The translations under genes were made by a program, and so were the position numbers. From positions 192,001 to 256,000 of the forward strand of contig CAWCYD010000002.1 of NCBI GenBank assembly GCA_963799775.1: a stretch of 64,000 nt of DNA, given 5' to 3'. The notes beneath the pieces were generated by a model. The model saw only the letters and a program-made list of their open reading frames with translations. It was not told where the DNA came from and made no database searches. The stretch comes from an uncultured archaeon. Lineage in GTDB: Archaea > Thermoproteota > Nitrososphaeria > Nitrososphaerales > Gagatemarchaeaceae. Numbering within the stretch: position 1 is the first letter of the stretch; each line of letters begins with the position of its first letter. Positions 59,369-64,000 of this stretch are shown here, piece after piece.

Positions 59369-60088
59369 GTGATCCCACCGCGAGTGATAGTGGACGAGAG
59401 GGAGAGGCAGAGCGGGGTGCCCGAGAAGCTCTCGAAGCTCGACATCCGCGTCTACTACACCCGGCTCCCGATAGGCGACTACGTCGTCACCCCCGAGATA
59501 GCGGCGGAGCGCAAGTCGATCGGGGACTTCGTCTCCTCCGTCTACGACGGGAGGCTCTTCTCTCAGGCCTCGAGCCTCTCGGCGGCCTTTCGGAAACCCT
59601 ACATCGTGGTCGAGGGGGACGTGACCAAGGTGGGTGGGATGGTCAAGAACCTCGCCTCCTACTACGGGGCCATAGCGTCGGCGACCCTCGCCTACGACCT
59701 CCGGTTGATGCACACGGCGAACGCTGACGAGACGGCGCTCGCGATCGCCGCCCTCGTCAAGAACAGCAGGGCACGGCCCCTCCCTCCGGGACTGTCGCAG
59801 CCTCCTCCGAAGAGCAAGGACGAGGCGCAGCAGCAGATCTACTTTGTCTCGTCTTTGCCGGGCGTCGGGACCAAGCTCGCGAAGAGGATGCTGGCCAGGT
59901 ACGGCACCCCAAGGAGGGTCGTCTCCCTCACAGAGGCCCAGCTGGCGATGGTCGCCGGGCTGGGGCCGAAGCGCGCGTCGAAGATCGCTCGCGTGCTCGA
60001 CACGACCTACGCCCCGTGGGACCCAAAGGCCATCGCCGAGCAGGGAAAGCTCGAGGACGAACGAGAGAATGAGCAAGCAGGCAGTTAA
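59369..60088 (+). CDS. xpf: XPF/ERCC4 structure-specific endonuclease (short form)
   Basis: VDERE, GDY, ERKS..D nuclease motif; C-terminal HhH2. Confidence 0.9.
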   Translation: MIPPRVIVDERERQSGVPEKLSKLDIRVYYTRLPIGDYVVTPEIAAERKSIGDFVSSVYDGRLFSQASSLSAAFRKPYIVVEGDVTKVGGMVKNLASYYGAIASATLAYDLRLMHTANADETALAIAALVKNSRARPLPPGLSQPPPKSKDEAQQQIYFVSSLPGVGTKLAKRMLARYGTPRRVVSLTEAQLAMVAGLGPKRASKIARVLDTTYAPWDPKAIAEQGKLEDERENEQAGS

Positions 60089-60719
60089 CGTCGCCATCCT
60101 CGGCGGGAGCGGAGAGCTCGGTTTCGGCCTTGCTGCAAGGCTCGCCAAGGCGCATGAGGTGACCATCGGATCGCGGGACCTCTCGCGCGCCTCGGAGGCC
60201 GCAGCAAGGGCGGGCAAGCTCTCCGGGGCGACTGTTCGAGCGAAGACGAACGAGGAGGCCGCAAGAGGATGCAGGGTGGCCATCTTGGCGGTCCCCGACC
60301 TCCCCTCGGCGGACTTCCTCTCCTCGCTGGCTGGCGCGCTGGAGGGGAAGCTGGTCATATCGCCCATAGTCCCGATGCAGGTGAAGGACGGCGTCTTCTC
60401 GCTCTCGCTTCGCGAAGAGTCGGCAGCGGAGCGCGTGGCGCAGGCCCTCCCCTCGTCCCGTGTGGCGAGCGCGTTCCAGACCGTCCCCGCAGGAAGGTTG
60501 GCCAGGATGGAAGAGGAACTGGCGTTCGATGTGCTGGTCACGGCTGACTCGAGGCAGGTCTACGAAGAAGCCGCTCTCATCGTCTCCTCCGTCGGAAAGA
60601 TCAGGCCTCTCTACGCCGGGCCTCTCTCCGTGTCCAGACTGGTCGAAGGGATCACCCCTGCCCTGCTGAACGTGAGCAAGCTGAACAAGCTAAAGTCCCC
60701 GTCGCTCAAGCTGGTCTGA
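60069..60719 (+). CDS. npdG: F420-dependent NADP+ oxidoreductase
   Basis: ILGGSGELG.GLA.RLA, IGSR, SAAE.VA, SAFQTVPA, AGPL. Confidence 0.85.
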   Translation: MSKQAVNVAILGGSGELGFGLAARLAKAHEVTIGSRDLSRASEAAARAGKLSGATVRAKTNEEAARGCRVAILAVPDLPSADFLSSLAGALEGKLVISPIVPMQVKDGVFSLSLREESAAERVAQALPSSRVASAFQTVPAGRLARMEEELAFDVLVTADSRQVYEEAALIVSSVGKIRPLYAGPLSVSRLVEGITPALLNVSKLNKLKSPSLKLV

Positions 60720-60729
60720 GGAACGGCGC

Positions 60730-61263
60730 CTACCGGCCAGGTTGGAAAGTCGTGAGAGCGCCTTCCCGGACCCCCGTGTAGAGGACGGGCCTGTATCTCT
60801 TGAACCTCCAGTATCCCTGAAAGTCGTCGCTCGCGCTCGCCTCCTCGATCTTCCCGACGAGCAGCTCGTGGTCGCCGACCGGTATGCTGGAGCCGAGTCT
60901 GCACTCGAGGGCCGCAGGCGCGGACCTCACGACCGGGACGTCCAGCTTCCTTCCGCGGTCGTGTTCGAGCCCGGCTGAGCGGAGCTTGTCTGTCTCCTTG
61001 TGACCCGTAGTGCCCAGGAACTGGATCGCGCTGGCTTGGGAGGAGTCGAGCCAGCAGACCGAGAACCGCCCGGCCTTCAGGATCGCCTTGTGCGTCGAGT
61101 GGCCGGGAGACGACGCCACACCGATCAACGGCGGGTCGTTGGAGAGCGAGATTATCGAGACGACGGGCATCGCGTACACCTTGCCTCCTTCGTTGCAGCC
61201 GATTATCGTGGGCACCGCGGGATACAGCAGGCGATACGCCTTCGAGAGCTCGACGGGGTTCAT
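60730..61263 (-). CDS. flavin reductase family protein
   Basis: YRLLYP, SNDPPLIGV, ALECRL, GDHELLVG. Confidence 0.85.
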   Translation of the reverse strand: MNPVELSKAYRLLYPAVPTIIGCNEGGKVYAMPVVSIISLSNDPPLIGVASSPGHSTHKAILKAGRFSVCWLDSSQASAIQFLGTTGHKETDKLRSAGLEHDRGRKLDVPVVRSAPAALECRLGSSIPVGDHELLVGKIEEASASDDFQGYWRFKRYRPVLYTGVREGALTTFQPGR

Positions 61264-61372
61264 CAGGCTCCAACCGGCCGGCATTCGAGATAACTCTTTG
61301 GAAAGCCGCGGGGCCCAGTCTGTGGACGTCCCGCGAAGAAGAGATAAAGCGTGATCCGTCTTGTTGGACTCC

Positions 61373-61615
61373 ATGACCGGGGACCGGACTTCGCGAGCTC
61401 AGGTTGTCGGGAAGCTGCGCAGGTCGCTGACCGTCCTCGCCTACATCTCTCTTGCCCTGGACATCTGCATCGCCGTGGTCACCTCTGTGGGCGCGCTGAA
61501 GATCGGAGACCTTCATCAGGCCCTCATCCCCGTAAACTACGCTCTGACCTTGGTCGTGATCCTGTCGGCTGCAGTTTTCGTGACCCTGTTGGTGGAGAAG
61601 GTCGCCAGACGCTGA
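61373..61615 (+). CDS. small membrane protein
   Basis: Two TM helices. Confidence 0.5.
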   Translation: MTGDRTSRAQVVGKLRRSLTVLAYISLALDICIAVVTSVGALKIGDLHQALIPVNYALTLVVILSAAVFVTLLVEKVARR

Positions 61616-61805
61616 AGTATCTCAGACGTCCTCAAGGTCTCACAAGAAATCGTCCGCATACGTCAAACCCTTAAATACAGCGACGGGCCGATAAAGAATT
61701 GCTGCAAATTCGGCCGCTTGATTCAGGATTGAAGGACGGGTCGTTCACGACCGGGAAGCTTTCTGATTCTCTCAGGACGACTTTGCCGTGGAAACAAGAT
61801 AGAAA

Positions 61806-63098
61806 ATGAATAGTTTCAAAGAGCTGGAACTACGTCCCCAGATACTGAGAGGCGTAGACGAAGCGGGGTTTGAGAAACCCTTCCCTATCCAACAGCTGGC
61901 CATCGGTCCCCTATTAGCGGGTCGAGACATCATTGGACAGGCGAAAACCGGCAGCGGAAAGACCGCTGCCTTCGGCTTGCCGATGTTGCAGGCCATAGAC
62001 ACATCTAGGAACGAGGTGCAAGCTCTCGTTCTCGCTCCGACGAGGGAGCTGGCGGTCCAGATCCGAGATGAGATATCTCGCCTGGGCGCATACACGGGAG
62101 TGAACGTCCTGGCCATCTACGGCGGCCAGTCCATCAACGTCCAGCTTGACCACCTGAGGCGCGGAGTCCACGTCGTCGTCGGGACGCCCGGAAGGGTGAT
62201 CGACCACATGAAGCGCGGGACTCTCGACCTGCGAAAGGCAAGGTTCGTCGTCCTCGACGAGGCGGACACGATGCTCGACATGGGCTTCATCGACGACATC
62301 GAGTTCATACTGGACTCGATACCCCGAGAGAGACAGATGAGCCTCTTCTCTGCCACGATGCCCCAGCGCATCATGGACGTCGCCGCGAGGCACATGAAGA
62401 ACCCAGAGAAGATACTGGTCAGCGCCGACGAGCCCTCAGCCGACACGCTAGAGCAGTTCTATGCTGTCACTGGCTACGACGACAAGCTCCAGACACTCGT
62501 CGACGTCATCGAGACTGAAAGGCCGGTGAGCACGATCGTGTTCACGAGGACGAAATACGGCGCTCACAAGCTCGCGAGGGAGCTGCAGAAGAGATACTTC
62601 AACGCCGTCGCGCTCCACGGAGACCTCAGCCAGAACCAGAGGGACCACTCTATGCGCCTCTTCAGGGATTCAAAGGCCGACATACTGGTCGCGACCGACG
62701 TCGCGAGCAGGGGGCTCGACATCTCGCAGGTGGAGGCAGTGATCAACTACGACGTCCCCCAGGATCCCCTCATCTACTTCCACAGGGTAGGAAGGACCGC
62801 AAGAGCGGGCGACAACGGCAAGGCCATAACGCTGGTCTCAGGCGACGAGCAGAGCGACTTTGAGCGCATCCTCTCGCTGAACCGGGCCAAGATCCATCCT
62901 CTGAGGAAGCAGGACGCCGACCACCAATTCTACGTCCCCGCCAAGACGACGATAACGGCCATCCAAGAGTCGAGATACGGCGGAGGAAACCGCGGAGGAT
63001 ATAGAGGGCGAGGCGGAGGAGGAGGCGGCAATGGCTCTCGAGGCGGCGGTTACCGCAACTATAGGAGGGGCGGCGCAGGGAGGTATTCCTCTTGGTAA
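61806..63098 (+). CDS. DEAD-box RNA helicase
   Basis: Q motif, AKTGSGKT, PTRELA, DEAD, SAT, HRVGRTAR; RGG tail. Confidence 0.96.
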   Translation: MNSFKELELRPQILRGVDEAGFEKPFPIQQLAIGPLLAGRDIIGQAKTGSGKTAAFGLPMLQAIDTSRNEVQALVLAPTRELAVQIRDEISRLGAYTGVNVLAIYGGQSINVQLDHLRRGVHVVVGTPGRVIDHMKRGTLDLRKARFVVLDEADTMLDMGFIDDIEFILDSIPRERQMSLFSATMPQRIMDVAARHMKNPEKILVSADEPSADTLEQFYAVTGYDDKLQTLVDVIETERPVSTIVFTRTKYGAHKLARELQKRYFNAVALHGDLSQNQRDHSMRLFRDSKADILVATDVASRGLDISQVEAVINYDVPQDPLIYFHRVGRTARAGDNGKAITLVSGDEQSDFERILSLNRAKIHPLRKQDADHQFYVPAKTTITAIQESRYGGGNRGGYRGRGGGGGGNGSRGGGYRNYRRGGAGRYSSW

Positions 63099-63249
63099 GA
63101 TGCAGTAACTGCAACGCCGTGGCGAAGACCACCTGCAGCGAGTGCCAAAAGCCGGTCTGCAGGTCTCACGTCAGCGTCATCTTCAACGAGGAGTCGAGGT
63201 CGTTCAAGAGCCTCTGCGGCGCGTGCTACTCACAAGTGAGGAGACTCAA

Positions 63250-63649
63250 TTGGGTAAGAGAAAGGTCATAAACGAAGCCCACCTGAAGGAGCTAGTCCTC
63301 CCCGAGCAGGGCGAGCTACTCGGGCGGGTCCAGAAGATCTCCGGGGGCAACCAGTGCCCTCGTCCAGTGCACCGACGGCATGGTGAGGCTCAGCCGCATC
63401 CGGGGCAAGATGAAGAGGAGGATGTGGATCCGCGAAGGCGACATAGTGCTTGTCTCTCCGTGGGACTTTGACCAGAAGAGGGCAGACATCGTCTGGCGTT
63501 ACATAAAGGACCACGCTGACTGGCTTGAGAACAACGGGTACATGAGGCCGACGGCCCCGGGCGTCACACCGACCGCCCAGGCCCCCCAGCCCGCTCAACC
63601 GGCGGCGACAACTCAGCCGCAACAGACCACGACCGCGCCGCCACAGTAG
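63250..63649 (+). CDS. eif1a: translation initiation factor aIF-1A (frameshift near 63358)
   Basis: GKRKV...GELLGRV...RIRGKMKRRMWIREGDIVLVSPWDF. Confidence 0.92.
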
Positions 63650-63697
63650 AATCCAGAACGCGGGGACTGCGGTCGCGCGGTCTCCTTCTATTCTCTT

Positions 63698-64000
63698 CTA
63701 GAATTCAGGGACCCAGCCGGTCTTCTTGGACCAGGTCGCGATCGCGTCGTGCGCGTGTATCGACTCGAAGCATCTCGCGCGTATGTGCATGGAGTTGGGG
63801 AACCTCCTCGCGCACTCCCTCACCAGGTCCTCCGCGAAACGCGGATGGCCTTGTGCCTCGAGTATCTTCTTCGCCTCCTCCAAGCGCTTCATCTTCTCTG
63901 TCGGGACCGCAGAGAAGCACTCCTCCATTTTGTCGACGAGCTTGAGCATGTCCACGGGCTTCCCTGCCTTCACAATCATCACTATCTCTGCCCTCTGCAT
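63698..64000 (-). CDS. hypothetical protein, 3' part (may extend past the window)
   Basis: HPRFAEDLVRE...ESIHAHDA resembles the GTP cyclohydrolase FolE2/MptA C-terminus. Confidence 0.55.
   Translation of the reverse strand: MQRAEIVMIVKAGKPVDMLKLVDKMEECFSAVPTEKMKRLEEAKKILEAQGHPRFAEDLVRECARRFPNSMHIRARCFESIHAHDAIATWSKKTGWVPEF

Noticed and set aside
50350-60541. Long antisense ORFs (e.g. 50350..51645, 57021..57698, 59351..60541)
   Set aside because: These are shadow frames of GC-rich housekeeping genes with no recognisable motifs.
45976-63649. Frameshifts in topoisomerase IB, rrp4, rrp42, pfdB, ecfA2 and aIF-1A (also the integrase, IS110 and the R-M gene) as pseudogenes or programmed frameshifts
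   Set aside because: They hit essential genes at high frequency with no shared slippery motif, so sequencing or assembly indels are the simplest explanation. The integrase may therefore be intact.

Overview
Archaeal DNA, most likely a GC-rich Nitrososphaerota (Thaumarchaeota) genome. This is inferred from a type IB topoisomerase, the psmA-SBDS-rrp4-rrp41-rrp42-rpl37ae-pfdB superoperon, a short XPF, an F420-dependent NADP reductase and tRNAs with multiple introns. Single-base frameshifts occur even in essential genes, so the assembly probably carries indel errors and pseudogene calls are tentative. The window has three parts: (i) 1-2.3 kb, regulators and tRNA-Asp(GUC) with two non-canonical introns; (ii) ~2.5-45.7 kb, an accessory island ending at tRNA-Lys(UUU), which also has two introns; (iii) 46-64 kb, housekeeping genes. 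The main observation is that the island is cut into modules by 14 co-oriented copies of tRNA 3' ends. Eight are TAGCCCGTCCAGG (tRNA-Gln-like, 3424-18057) and six are GCGGGCCCGACGG-like (tRNA-Lys-like, 21362-44959). Most copies are followed by a ~7-nt variable spacer at the T-loop position and a CCTG(AA..GGTTCT) arm. They delimit small (0.3-5 kb) integrase-less gene cassettes carrying TA pairs, MarR/TetR-oxidoreductase pairs and surface proteins, plus one 20-kb module that carries the only tyrosine integrase. I read this as an integron-like cassette array built on tRNA-derived att sites (inference). The integrase module also contains iteron-like arrays, a triple hairpin with compensatory changes, a repeat-flanked Mrr nuclease, an IS110 with a triplicated structured 3' non-coding end, a type IIG R-M gene and a SIR2-family protein.
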